Shown: positions 30,386 through 44,060 of the stretch, piece after piece | Numbering within the stretch: the stretch's first letter is position 1 | Layout of the letters: each line of letters opens with the position of its first letter | From: Eledone cirrhosa | Taxonomy: Eukaryota | NCBI GenBank assembly: GCA_964016885.1 | Contig: OZ024747.1 | Coordinates: 55,428,001 to 55,492,000, forward strand | DNA length: 64,000 nucleotides | Reading direction: 5' to 3' | Position numbers and translations under genes: made by a program | Notes under the pieces: model-generated | The model's database searches: none | What the model was told of the DNA's origin: nothing | The model's input: only the letters and a program-made list of their open reading frames with translations

Positions 30386-30957
30386 TACGAGAGTGGGAGG
30401 GATAGAGAGTGAGTGACTTGAAATACCTAACAAACAAACATAAGAAATTTCCATCATAGAAGGCAATAAATTTAATTACAATCTGACCACCGCTGATTTA
30501 CAACAGTCTTCTATATTTTGAATAGGATTTATTCGCGACGATAATGACTGATGTTATTCTCAGTCTTGGTTGGTACCGTTGTTGTTGTTGTATTTAGCTG
30601 TTTTATTTACCATTTTTGGTGGGGGGTGGGGGGGGGCAGTTTATTTCATTTGTACGGACCCCTTCCTTCACCCACCGCATATATCACCATTTTTTCTCTC
30701 GCATCTCTCGTTATATATTGACCAAATATAGAAATCGATATGCAGACATCTACTTATATAGCATATGCTTTTATAGATTTTCATGTTTGCAGATCGAGAT
30801 TAAAACAAGAGGAAGCCTCCTCTTCGTCGTCGTCAACACCATCATTATCATCAGCATCACTGTCATCATCATAGACGTCCCCACCGTCACAATCATGATT
30901 ATAGACGATTATAACATTAAAGAGTTAGATTTCAAAAGATGAGGACGCGTATGTATA

Positions 30958-31027
<70 letters not shown>

Positions 31028-31030
<3 letters not shown>

Positions 31031-31572
31031 GGTAAACATTGATGCAATTCAATTCAAGCACTCAACGTACTTTTTCCACATGGGAGTGACGGAGTAAATA
31101 TCGAATAAGGAAAAGCGAAGTAGTTTCAGATGTTCAAGTCCTTTAATAATAATGCTGTGATATATATTTCAGTGACGACACTGGCCACACTGTTCTGTGT
31201 GCGAGTGTCGTGTCATCATCAGACAGCTTGTTACATAATAAGGTTATGTTTTCGAGGCAATCCAAATTGGATCGACATGGGAACGGATGAATTGCGTGTT
31301 TTGGGGTTTTTCATCCGCTCCCTTGTGATTCCCAATTCACCCCACCGGCCTGCGCAAGCGCATGTCCGAAGGAAGTTGACTATTAGCCACCGCAGATCCC
31401 ATGTCGATCCAATTTGGATTGCCTCGGAAACATAACCTTATTATGTAACAAGCTGTCTGATGATGACACGACACTCACACACAGAACAGTGTGGCCAGTG
31501 TCGTCACTGAAATATATATCACACCATTATTATTAAAGGACTTGAACATCTGAAACTACTTCGCTTTTCCTT

Positions 31573-31576
<4 letters not shown>
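31028..31576. mobile_element. Fold-back mini-element (180-bp arms 31103-31282 / 31397-31576, 114-bp spacer)
   Basis: Arms differ at ~3 positions by eye; (TA)n on both sides; extra ~75 nt on the left arm. Confidence 0.85.
31154..31227 (-). ncRNA. Type-I hammerhead ribozyme motif (mirror copy at 31452-31525 on +)
   Basis: gctgt-CTGATGA-tgacacgacact...agtgtcgtcact-GAAA-tatata-TC-acagc; the right-arm copy has a stem I mismatch (acacc). Confidence 0.78.
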
Positions 31577-31629
<53 letters not shown>

Positions 31630-31748
31630 AGAAAGTGAGGGTTTTTCAAAATGAAAAAACCCAGGTTCTTACACGGGTGAAAGTATAAGCAAAAAGGATG
31701 AAATCGAAAATGAAACTGGAGTCTTTCTTTTTTAAATATTTATTTGGT

Positions 31749-31788
31749 TCCTTTACCGGTTTCGCAGTTCTTGTGCTTTTCAAAAGAA
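31749..31788 (-). ncRNA. Minimal type-I hammerhead motif, U3-A8 variant
   Basis: ttctt-TTGAAAA-gca-caagaac-tgc-GAAA-ccgg-TA-aagga; resembles the motif in the 24145-24570 hairpin. Confidence 0.72.
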
Positions 31789-31923
31789 GAATTGAGATGG
31801 ATATATATATATATTATAAACATATATATATGTATATATATTTCTATATATATATATATAATATATATATTACATATATACATACATATATATAATATAT
31901 ATACATATATACTATAAATATTC

Positions 31924-31983
<60 letters not shown>

Positions 31984-32009
31984 GTATATATATATAGTAT
32001 ATGTGTATA

Positions 32010-32050
<41 letters not shown>

Positions 32051-32111
32051 GCATATCATATATATATATACATATATATATAACATGTATATATAATATA
32101 TATATACCATT

Positions 32112-32294
32112 GGTGGATTGGCAGTATCGGTAAAAGGTCGGACGCCATGCTTTCCAGCATAGTTACGTCCCATTACGATCTGAGTTCAAATCCCGCCGAG
32201 GTTGACTTTGCCTTTCATCCTTACGGGGTCGATAAAATAAAGTACCAGTCATGCACTGGGTAATTACTGGCCTTGTGCCTAAAGTAGAAACAAT

Positions 32295-32296
<2 letters not shown>
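32112..32296 (+). mobile_element. SINE family A, full-length
   Basis: ggtggattggcagtatcggtaaaa...gagttcaaatcccgccgagg...gcctttcatccttacggggtcgataaaataaagtaccag...gccttgtgcctaaagtagaaacaatt. Confidence 0.9.
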
Positions 32297-32326
<30 letters not shown>

Positions 32327-32781
32327 ATATATACATACCATATATATATAATATGAATATACAATATATATATATGTACAATATATATATATAATATATA
32401 TATATTTGTTTTTATATATAAAAACCACTGAGCGTGTGCGTATAAACGCGCATATCTTTTTCTGTTGTTGTGTGCCTTAAAAACCTTTTTTTTTTCTTTT
32501 TTTAATTTTTTAATATTATTATTTTACTTTTACTTTATTATTATATATTTTCACTATTGTTTATATTTTTTTCCTTTGTGTGCCCTCACGTGCTTCTGCA
32601 TCTTGATAAAATCTGCCTGTACCATTGCATTTAGCTGTAGTGCTGAATAACAACCCCATAGTGCACTCTCTCAATACTCGCCATTTCCGATCACCCTCTG
32701 GTTGCCCTCTATTGCATTTCTAATATTCATGTGACGATGTTCGGTAGAGCCTATACTCAGCATTGTAATTTTATTTTTAAA

Positions 32782-32826
32782 GCTCTGATGATTCCTGCCA
32801 AATGTTATGGATGAAAAATTGTTAGC
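32782..32826 (+). ncRNA. Degenerate hammerhead-like motif
   Basis: gct-CTGATGA-ttcc...ggat-GAAA-aattg-TT-agc, followed by AATAAA and a (TA) tail; short stems. Confidence 0.45.
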
Positions 32827-33384
32827 AAATAAAAATTCTATGAGTATGTCGGCGTTCTTTGATTTCTTTTACATATAATATATATATATATAAATGAAAG
32901 GTATAGAAAGTATTGTAGCAAGAAGCCAACAGTATTCCATAATATATAAGTGACTATATCGTCAAAATGGGAAAATAGTTAACGTAAGATGTGGGAAAAA
33001 TAATTCAAACTCAATTCAAGATATGGGAAAAATAATTTAAACTCAACTCAAAAAGAATCATGATATAGATTTATGCAACAGAATTTAGTGAAATCCAGGG
33101 AAAAAATCAATAGAGCCTTAACTCATGATAAAATAAAGTTTTAAATATTCATCCTTCAATTTGGGACAACTACAAATGCTCTGTATTGTCTTGAAAAAGA
33201 CTATTTCACGAAAACTTTCAATGGAGATGGTCACGGTTGGAATACGATCATCAGCAGAGCTCAACACGATAGCCAAATTCTCACTGGTTAATATGCCAAA
33301 AAGGGAAATATGTATATATAATATATATATACAATATATAATATAAATATATATGTATATATAATATATATATATATTATATAA

Positions 33385-33415
<31 letters not shown>

Positions 33416-34651
33416 ATTATATATAATATACATATAATATATATATATAAATTATATATTTATATATATATATATATATATATATAATTGTATATAATAT
33501 ACATATAATATATATATATATACAATTTGTTTATGTGACCGGCGTCTAATCAGAAATTAGTGAACGAACTCCTACGAAACTAAATTTACTTCGATTGCCA
33601 GGTCACCGGGGAGGTAACGCTAGCTTTCATATTATGTGTGAAGTTTCTCATTCATACATTTATTGAAATTCAAATGTGTGTCTCCATATCAACTGAATAG
33701 CTGGAATTTGGGACCTGAAATAGGCATGTACATAAAATATACATCAGTGTATATACATCTATTTGTGTTTGTGCGGATGTGGTACGCGCATAATGCCAAA
33801 CATGCATTTACACACACATACACTCACACACATATATGTGTAGTTGTGTGCATAAACACACAAACACACATTAAACTACTTACATTTCGCGAATTTTTAA
33901 CTTAGTTCACATCCAATTACAGAGCAAATACACTAACAGTCATTCGAGTGATCGCCAGTAGGACCGAATTTAAAGTAGGCAAAGGGAGCAAAAGTCCCGG
34001 GTACCTTGAAGAAGTTGGACCCACCACCGACAGCTGTAGCAATTTATTTGTGCCCTCGTCTGGGCGTTTTAGTTTTAGGATGGTTAGAATGTTTGAATTT
34101 AATCCCTGTATGTCTAACCTTTCGCTTCCATTTACTTGCGCCAAGCTAACTTTGATATATATAATTGGGGATTTGTTGTGTATTCTAATTGTTTATATAT
34201 GCGGGGCCCACCAAAGCTGAAGTGTCTCGGGACCTCTGAAGTCTAAATCGACATGTCACGTATTTTTAACTGAGTTCACATCCAAATTACAGGGTCAATA
34301 GATCTTAACACTAACAGTCATTGAAATGGTCGACAGTCATACTTGGGCATGTCAGTCTATTACTTTCTCTATTGATCTCTCTTTGACAAACTGCTAAGAA
34401 AGGGGGATGGAAAGTGAGAGATTGGACAGAAACAGAGTATGAAGTAGAGAGGTGGTCATACCTGGAACGGTTTTGACCATACATCTCCTACAACAAATTA
34501 GACGAGACACCAAATAATAAACAAATAACTTCAACATCTGACCCTCATTTCTTCCAGCTAGAGATTTATGTGTACTTCTGGAGAGCAGGATTGGTAGGAT
34601 ACTAGAAAAATAGTTGTTTTTGTTAAATTATATTTAGTTATACTAGATTAG

Positions 34652-34692
<41 letters not shown>

Positions 34693-36625
34693 GTGTAGAT
34701 ACTCACAAACGTTATTCTACTCGAAATAGGTCACCAGTATATTACTGGTGTCCACTAAATAGATAACACTTTGTGCAAAATTGGAGGCCTCGGGCAATAT
34801 TGCACACCGTTGTTTTTATTTTTACCAAACGTCTTTATGGATCTACACGAATTTGAAAGGTGATTTGAATAAAGGTGAAGTATGAGTAATAATAATTTAT
34901 CGGAAAGAATGCGCCTTGCAACGACGCGTATCTTGTTGAATGAATATCAATATATTGCAATTTAAGCATACACAAACAGGGGGTGTATTTGCAGAGTCGT
35001 TAGAAGCTTGGTTAGAGTATTTTGCTGTATTCGTTCCAGCTCTCTCGGTTAAAATTCCACTGAGGTCAACTTTGTCTTTCATCCTCTGGAGATCGATAAA
35101 GAAGCACTAGTCCGAGGCTGGTGTCGATTTTTCCACTCTATCTCTTTCTAAATTTGTCTTGATCACTGCCTTTCTCATTTTCAGAAAGAAATCGTTTGTA
35201 TTCAGAACCGGCAAGGGCTTGCACAATGCTAATCCCACTCTCTGAACATCGAATACATTTTCCCTAAAAGAAGAACTGGTCTACATCATTGGATGCAAAT
35301 GATGTTGCAGTTTATATATCAGAATGACCTTCTCCTAGAGAGATGTCTTAATGAAGAAGAGGAGTCTATCGTTCCGAAAAAAAAAAAGTTTATTGGATGG
35401 CCGTTGACTCTGCTGAATTCATCTGCTAATTGACGGATTTAAAAGAGCAATAGAAGAGGTGAAGAAGTGTGTCCAAATACACCCTCCTCGCCAAGCAAAC
35501 TTGGTGGGTTTGCCTGTTTAGTCGCCGACGACGCGACCACGTACAGTTTATACTGGTTACATGTTGCCAATAGCGTTGAAGAGCGACCTGACATATCTAT
35601 CTACCTACCTACATACCTACCTACATACATACATACATATATACATATATACATAGTATAAACGAGCCTTGTGTTACTTATTTCTTTTACTACATTTAAG
35701 ATATTATTATAAAACTCTAGCTTACAGAAATCATGTGCTGAGATTTCATATTTAAATTACACATGGCCTTGAGCCAGTATTATATATAATTGTTTTGAAT
35801 TTGTGCAAACACTTTTATTGAACTTTCTAAAGTTGGACGATATTTTTAGGAAGGCCACATCTATGTGAAAATATTTTAGATGTGTGAATCTTACGGACAA
35901 CGGGTCTCGGAGAACGTAGAGTAGAACGTGTATTCAGCAGTTAAGCAATAAAGGATGTTTCTCTTTTGATCAGGAAATTCCCATATGAGCATAGGTTACA
36001 TTCCTCACGTATCCTAATAACGTAGATTTTCATAGATCATGTCTTAGGGGAGTGGTTTAGTAAAGGGTTCAATTAAAAAAAAAAAAATGAATTTATCGTC
36101 GTCGTCAGCGTCATCATCATCAGCATGAAAATTATAATTTTCATCACCAACAGCAGTAGTGGCTGCATCAACATAAGCAAGATCAACACCAACATCGTCA
36201 CCATAACAATCTTTATCACCCTTATCGATATCAGGTGCAGCAGCAGAGACAATATCCAACCACAAACATTAGCAATATTACCAGACCTGAATTAGTGACA
36301 CTATGTACAACACTTAACACATACTTTTAAACCAATCATCAGATATTTATATAAAACTTAGTTCAAATAAACTATACAAATAACACAAATATTCATACAT
36401 AAAAACAAAACTTAACATAGCGAAATTAAGCGAAAATCAATGTGTTTTTTTTCATACCGACATAGCATGAATGATTCGAAATAGTAAAATCTTGATTAAT
36501 TTCCTAAAGTTCAAAGAAATATGAACTCTGTAGCCAAAAGAAGAAACAACAATCACAACATAAGTTGAGAGAATACCCAAAAGATTCATAGAAAAACATG
36601 ATCATATATGGAATGTCAATGTATG

Positions 36626-36671
<46 letters not shown>

Positions 36672-36787
36672 TGTACATGTGTGTGTGTATGTACGTAATT
36701 GTATGTATGTATGTTTGTATATATGTATGTATGAATATATGTATGTGTGTGTATGTGTGTAGAGCTAAATATATAGATACCACGTAT

Positions 36788-36828
<41 letters not shown>

Positions 36829-36971
36829 CCTCAAAGCCAGTGTTGAACAAAAGGGTGACGATTGACGATCGGTAACCGACACTGCACAGCTGCAGATCGG
36901 GCCATTTGTTTACAAATGAATCAAACATTATTATTAATGTTCGATACACCCCATACGTACACACACACACA

Positions 36972-37012
<41 letters not shown>

Positions 37013-37176
37013 CAGATATAAGTTTAAGCAAAGAATCGCTGCTTTCACCCCTAACGAGATCTTCTGAAACTGTGTGTGTGTATGTATATATATATATATC
37101 TGTGTGTGTGTGTGTGTGTGTGTGTACTTGTGCATTTATGTATCAGCTGTGCTAGGGCGAGAAATAAATTTCTAAT

Positions 37177-37228
<52 letters not shown>

Positions 37229-37278
37229 AGTACATATGTGTGTATGTATATATGTAACATTCACACACATATCTATAT

Positions 37279-37324
<46 letters not shown>

Positions 37325-37583
37325 GCACATTTATTCTTAGCTTCGTACGGACGTATAATAACACACACACTCACACAGACAAACACACACTTGCTCAAGT
37401 ATTACTCTATTTATAAAACGGTTTTTTTCCATTTCAGGTAGACGCGCCCCATCATCCACTTTTCTAAAAAATAAATCATACACAAAACGCCAGCACCAAC
37501 AGTTTTGCAAGAGATGTCAATCTATTATTTTTATCTAAAGACATTTTTTCCAATTCCATCCAGCCCGTCCTCTCAATCTATCT

Positions 37584-37720
37584 TATTTCTCATTCTTTCT
37601 TCTGATGAAGGACTAACGTCCGAAACGTTAAGAACCCTTCCTGCTATATCAAGCGTTAACCTAATATATCCCTTCCATTTACTGTACCGATCGTGTTGTT
37701 ATTTCTGTTTACCTTTTACA
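37584..37720 (+). mobile_element. HHR-bearing PLE-type 3' end; minimal hammerhead at 37597-37634
   Basis: ttctt-CTGATGA-a-ggac-taac-gtcc-GAAA-cg-TT-aagaa; homologous to 40124-40270 (-). Confidence 0.75.
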
Positions 37721-37745
37721 TACATATATGTATCTATCTATCTAT

Positions 37746-39903
37746 CTAAGGCGGGTAACATTCCCGAGATCCATGGACGAGTTCTCTCCAGCGGTCTCTG
37801 TCCCTCATTATCGCTGCCATATCCTGCATCTCCAACAGACCAGTGTCTGTCCTTAGGGCATCAACATATGTTAACCTTGGTCTTCCTCTTCTAGTGTGTC
37901 CATGTAGGGGCTCCCAAAGGAGCACTGAGTGCAATGTCAACTCTGGATGTCGGTGAGCATGTCCAGCCAACCTCAGTCTTCTCTGTGTCACTTTTGAGCT
38001 GACTTTTGGGATGCTCCCATACAGCTCTGAGTTTTTCATCCTCAGTGTATACTGATTAATGTTCAGAGCCATCCTCAGCATTCTCGTGTAGCACCCATCC
38101 ACCATCTGAGTGAGTCTCTTGGTCAGTGTCCAAGTCTCAGACCCACGCAGCAGCACAGACTCCACTACAGCAATGAAGAGGCGGACCTTCAGGTCTCTAC
38201 GAAGGTCCGACTTCCACACCGATCCCAAGCTGTGACACGCCGCCCAGGCCTTGCTCTTCCTCTCAACCACATCATCTTCCGTATTCCCAATCTTTGCTCC
38301 CAAATACAGGAAGTCCTCAACCAATTCCAGCGGCTTCCCGCCTACATTAGTGATCCCCTCTGGCTTCTCAACATTCTCCACCAGATATTTTGTTTTAGTC
38401 TCATTCATTCTCAGCCCCACACTCATCGACACAGTCTCAACCTCCCGCATCAAATCCTCTGCCTCCTTCACTGTATTTGTCACCAAAACTATGTCGTCGG
38501 CAAATTCAGCATCCGATACCTTTTTCGCCCCAACTCTCCTGCTCTGAGCCGGTGCTACAGTAAAGCCAGAGTCCTGGTGTTTCTCCAGTGCAAGGCGCAT
38601 ACAATAGTCCACTACGATGATAAAAAGGTAGGGAGCCAATGTATCTCCCTGGAGCACTCCAGCCAGTATCTCAAAGAACTCTGTTCTCCCATCAGGTGTA
38701 ATGACTTGGGCTTTGGTGTTGGTGTAGAGCAGTGATATCAGGTCCACTATCCTCTTGGGGATTCCATAAGCCTGTAAGATCTTCATCAGGCAGTAACGGT
38801 CCACAGAATCAAAGGCCTTCCTAAAGTCAATGAAAACCATGACCGCAGGAAGGCACTTTGCTCTAGCTCCCTCTAATATCCTCCCCAGCATCAGGATGTG
38901 ACTGGTGGTTGATCTACCCTCTCTGAAGCCGTTCTGGTTGTCCCTGAGCTTCTTCTCCATCTCAGGCTGGATCCTGTTAAGAATCATCCTGTTGAGGGTC
39001 TTTGCCACAAGTGACGTCAGTGAGATCCCCCGGTAGTTGTTGGTGTTAGAGAGATCTCCCTTCTTTGGCACTGGGACGATGTTACTGATCCTCCACTGAT
39101 TCGGGGCAACTCCTTTCTCCAGTGCCCCGTTACAGAACCCCAGGATGATATCATCAAAATCACACCTCTTCATCACCTCTGATGCCACTCCATCTTCTCC
39201 ATGAGCCTTGCCCTCCTTGATCTTCTTCTTGGCTCTCTGAAGCTCCTCTCTGGTGAAGGGCTCTGTCTCAACATCCAGTTCCCCAAACAGCCGCCTGATC
39301 TCCCCAGTGCTCTGGGCTGTGGAGGGTGGCTCTCCTAGTAGGGTCCTAAAATGGTCTAGCCATTTCCTCTTCCTATCCTCGGGCCCCGTTCCCTGGATCT
39401 GACTCGAACACGTTTTCTTCCTCCCTGTGATCTCGTTGATGATCATCCAGCTCTCCTTACATCCAGATCTGTCAACCGCTCTCTCCACACTTCTGATCTT
39501 CTCTATCAGTGCCTCCTCTCTGACCTCAGTGTAAGCGGTACAGAGCTCTTCCCTCATCACCCCCACAGTCTCCATCCTCTCCTCCGTAGGATCAGCATAG
39601 AATTGGTCCCTGGCAGCTTTCAGGTGTTCTCTGGCTGCACACACTTTTGGGTTTGCAGAGCTGACGTGCTTCCCTTTGTTCTTTTTCCTCGGCACCAGGG
39701 TTTCACTTGCTTTCGCCACTGCATTGGTGAAGTGCCCGTACCTCCTCGTCACACTCTCCTCAGTCCATCCAATCTCTCTCTCCTCTGACTCTCCACACAG
39801 AGCACTAAACCTGTTTCTCACTTCCACTGTGAACCTCTCCTGTAGCTTATCATCTTCCTTGAAAGCTCCCCAGTCATAGATTGTTCTCCGGGGCTGAGCC
39901 TCG
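37746..39903 (-). CDS. RTE-clade LINE reverse transcriptase, 5'-truncated (no endonuclease), open frame
   Basis: PKKGDLSNTNNYRGISL, QNGFREGRST, FIDFRKAFDSV, GVLQGDTLAPYLF, FADD, RLRLAGH, GRPRLTY; (TAGA)n tail starts at the stop codon; the ORF N-terminus to 39968 is microsatellite. Confidence 0.95.
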
Positions 39904-39911
39904 TATATATG

Positions 39912-39964
<53 letters not shown>

Positions 39965-40123
39965 TCATATGTGTGCGTGTTGGATGTCTTGGGTAGTTAA
40001 GATGTTTAATATTAGTTTTACACTATGAAACTGCAGTAGCAGTATTTGCGGTAAATTCCGTTAATTCTTCTGAATTTATTTGGCTAACCTCTCCCTGTCT
40101 GTGTTTGTGTGTGCGCGTGTGTG

Positions 40124-40270
40124 TGTAAAAGGTAAACAGAAATAACGAAAATAACAAACCATACGGCACAGTACATGGAAAATACATATTAGTTTAACGC
40201 TTGAAATAACAGGAAGATAGTCTTAGCGTTTCGGACACTAGTCTTTCATCATAAGATAGAATTAGAAATA
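40124..40270 (-). mobile_element. Second, diverged copy of the HHR-bearing 3' end, with a mutated core
   Basis: Minus strand tctt-ATGATGA-aagac-tagt-gtcc-GAAAcgCT-aaga...caagcgttaa...gttatttctgtttaccttttaca. Confidence 0.7.
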
Positions 40271-40291
40271 TATATATATATATATATCATC

Positions 40292-40361
<70 letters not shown>

Positions 40362-40629
40362 TAAAACATGTCTATAGAATCACAAGATAAAATATATACC
40401 ATTTCCTCTCCCAATTAGCGTAATTAACTATATAAAAAATCGAATAGACCAGGCTATAAGAATGAGGTTTCTATGAAGAAATCTCCAACAAATAACCGAA
40501 ACTAGCCCTTCGCGTCGGCTGCAACGGAATATTTATCAAATATTTCGACAGCGTAATCGCCCAGATACAGTCAATTAAACAGAATTAGGTGTAAAATAAA
40601 CTAGGAGAAAATAGAATACATTTAAATAC

Positions 40630-40673
<44 letters not shown>

Positions 40674-41996
40674 CATGGCTATCTAGCCCATCACTTTACA
40701 AAACTTAGTAACCGTATATTTTAACGCATCATATCCAATAATAATCTAATATAACCACAACGGAGGAATTGCTTGTGTTCACACGCAGTGATTACTCGAC
40801 AAATAAACATTTTAAAAATACTATTTTTATTTCCGTTTATCGGATTTTTTTAATATACCAAACTATCTTTTAAAACCGCCCTTCTTGCATTTCATTGAGG
40901 ATAATACCTGCAAATGATTTCCACGATTGATTTAAATATTTTTCAATATGTTAGATATTTTACAGGATCTATAATGTATAATTGCAATTTATGTCACCAC
41001 CACCCGAATTTGTTTCCTCATAACTTTCTTACTAATGCATATTTTTATGAGATTTTGCAGACATACGGTTTAAATCTGTCGATCACGATTTTTCTATTGA
41101 ATATTTTAGAATATTGGCTAAATATATATTCGGAAATATTTACATCATGCTTTTCAATTTCATGTTGCGAAAAATAATATCAATTAGGATATTGTGATAG
41201 CTTTTCTTCATGAACATAATATCTTTTCAACAAAACATTATTTTTATCCGAAAATATATCTAGGCACAATATATATTAAGAAAATTGTGAGAAACTAAAT
41301 CGGGTGTGGGTGTGGGAGGCACATAATGCTGTCCGCCCGTTACATATAATTTACTGATATTTAACATGCAAACATACGGCCGGTTATGGTTGTAATTCTT
41401 TAGTCTGGTGGGGTCTGATAGAAAAGACGCTTTCTTCCTTACATTCAAATTCATTTCCATATTAAAATCACATCAAATACCTTTTCCCCAGCAAAAAAAA
41501 AATGAATGTAAAGACTGAAAAGGAAATGTTAGATTTGGTGTAACGGTATTAGGCATAAATGTGGGATTAAATTAAATACAATTTCGAAATTAATTAAATG
41601 AAATGCATTATGCATGTAAATTATCCTATATGAATAGATATATAAACACGTACTTCAGCGGGCACAGCAATACTTGTACTGTATGTGCCGCTGTTTGGTA
41701 CTGGTAGATTTTGTTAATGTAACACCTTGGCAACTAAACGTCGGCAGAATTTGACTGGGGTCAAATTGAATCAGACCGATCTACTTCGTAAATACAGTAT
41801 TATGAAGAGTAATATTCTAAAAGCAATTTTATAATGTGAAGTTATATTTCATCCCCCGAAGCTATGAAGACCTTGCTCATGTTCTAAAGGTCAAAATACT
41901 TTCAACAGTAAAATTTCTTAAGGTCAGCACATCTATTAGTTTTAAATTTATATTATTTGAAGTATTGTTAAATAATTTTCTTTATTAATAAATAAT

Positions 41997-42181
41997 TGTT
42001 TCTACTTTTGGCACAAGGCCAGAAACTACCCAGTGTATTACTGGTACTTTATTTTATCGACCCCATAAGGATGAAAGGCGAAGTTAACCTCGGCGGGATT
42101 TGAACTCAGAATGGCAAGGGCCGTAACTCTATGCGTCAAAGCATGGCGTCCGACCCTCTACCGATTCTGCCAATCCACCGC
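41997..42181 (-). mobile_element. SINE family A with probable TSD tttatt(a)ataaataat
   Basis: Full family consensus; flanks 41981-41996 and 42182-42196 are duplicated with one indel. Confidence 0.88.
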
Positions 42182-42344
42182 TTTATTATAAATAATGTTT
42201 ATTAAACTAAAGAGAAATTGTTTTAAAAACTGTGTGATATACGAGAACTATATTAAGGCCAAAAATGAAAGCAAAAAGAAAGAAAGTAAAGGAAAAGAAA
42301 TTAAGCAACGAAAGAAGACGAACAGTAAAAGAAGTGATAGGTTC

Positions 42345-42750
42345 TACACTCCAGACTGAACGGTATGTTTCAGCTTCACCCGCGGACAAAATGGCTAATG
42401 CATTGTCGCGATGAATCGCCAGAAACACCCCACTGCAACAATCAACCAACTTCATGGTTTTTTTTCCACGAGTGGGCAATAGTCTTTCAGATTTTAGCAT
42501 CACCCTGGTCGAGGCCAGCTGTCTTCAGCGGTGACGGGAAGCCGGTTCCTGATTATGTCACTCAGAGCGGCTTGGTGAGGGAACCGATCTGTGGCAGGAT
42601 AGTTGCGTGATAGCAGTTGCAGACCGAAATCGTCAACAATGGCTCCACAATGGCATTTGAGTGTCTCGCACACTTGGAGAAGAAGCTTTAGGCCACTCTA
42701 ATGTGAGTTCACTCGTCATCAAGAAGAATGCTGGTTGATGATGAAGACAC
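42345..42750 (+). pseudogene. Possible decayed RTE LINE 3' fragment
   Basis: GC-richer island; ...ggtcgaggccag... and DRNRQQW-like ending typical of RTE C-termini; frameshifted. Confidence 0.35.
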
Positions 42751-43070
42751 AGATTTGAGCCCTTACGCTGCTGTTTGGCTGTGAGGCAGAACAGAGAGGG
42801 GCGAAATGGTTTTAGTCGAAGTAAGTCTCGATCTCCCTGAAACCCACTAACTCTATTTTATTTCTTACATCTTCAAAAGTATTATTTGTAACTACATATT
42901 TTTATCCACGAATTTTTAAGTACGTATTTTAAATACAAATTTCTCACCATTGAAAGAAACGTCTGCACGAACTGTTATGCAAACTGCTTTGAATATCCTC
43001 CAAGAAATTAGTAAACTACGCACTCACACACAGACAAACGAGTGGAACAAAAAAGCATAGTAAATATAAT

Positions 43071-43250
43071 TGTTTCTACATTTGCCACAAGGCCAGCAAT
43101 TAACCAGTACGTTACTGGTACTTTATTTTATCGACCCTGTAAGGATGAAAGGCAAAGTTAACCTCGGCGGGATTTGAACTAAGACCATAAAGAACCGTAA
43201 CTCTTTGCTGCAAAGCATGGCGTCAGACCCTCTATCGATACTGCCGATCC
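43071..43250 (-). mobile_element. SINE family A with a perfect 19-bp TSD
   Basis: aaagcatagtaaatataat at 43052-43070 and 43251-43269. Confidence 0.92.
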
Positions 43251-43462
43251 AAAGCATAGTAAATATAATATACACCAGAAATATTCAGCGCAACGCAGTA
43301 TGTAGTAAGGTGTACCTTTTCACTTTCAGGGAAAACTCATTGTTGCCTTCTGAATGAGCTGAAGGAACGTGAAAAGAAGTCTCTGCTCAAAAGACTGCGC
43401 ACAACCGGGAATCGAGTTCACGACCTTACGATCGTCAGCATATGAAACAAACTACCTCAACA

Positions 43463-43502
<40 letters not shown>

Positions 43503-43909
43503 ACTCTTCATACACATATTGCAGAGCGAATTGTGACATTTTTTTTTGAAAGAAGCAATAATTCTTGAGTCCTCTGGTAACTGCACATATTAACATATTA
43601 GCATCAGCTATCGCTTTTGAAGACAATCATAAATACAAAGCTGCTATTTTTATTTTTCTCACTTTTTTTTTGTCATTAAAAAATGGTGGTAGCAAACACG
43701 AGGGAAACACAAAGCTTTGACTATCAGCAGAAATTTAAGTGAAATCATGCAACTGAAACTGGGAATAGAATTTGAGCTTCAAGGGGAATGAATGCCAAGT
43801 GTTGAAACTGGATTGACTTTATATGTGGTTTCCAGTAAACTATCAACTACTCCGCCACCCATTCATTTTTTCTTTATAAGAAAACTTCCACAGAATTTTT
43901 TGTTTATTT

Positions 43910-43947
<38 letters not shown>

Positions 43948-43985
43948 GAAATACACACACACAGACACACACACAGAGCCACACG

Positions 43986-44060
<75 letters not shown>

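Noticed and set aside
32112-32210. tRNA gene
   Set aside because: A/B boxes belong to a multi-copy SINE head; no cloverleaf
37025-37070. HHR-like CAGAAGA-tctcgttaggggt-GAAA on the minus strand, and a similar trace at ~40450-40510
   Set aside because: Core mutated and stems I/III do not close; cannot be told from chance
38232-38735. Plus-strand ORFs overlapping the RTE
   Set aside because: Antisense shadows of the RT coding sequence
37721-39915. TSD around the RTE element (atatatgtat)
   Set aside because: Lies in low-complexity microsatellite, so the match is uninformative
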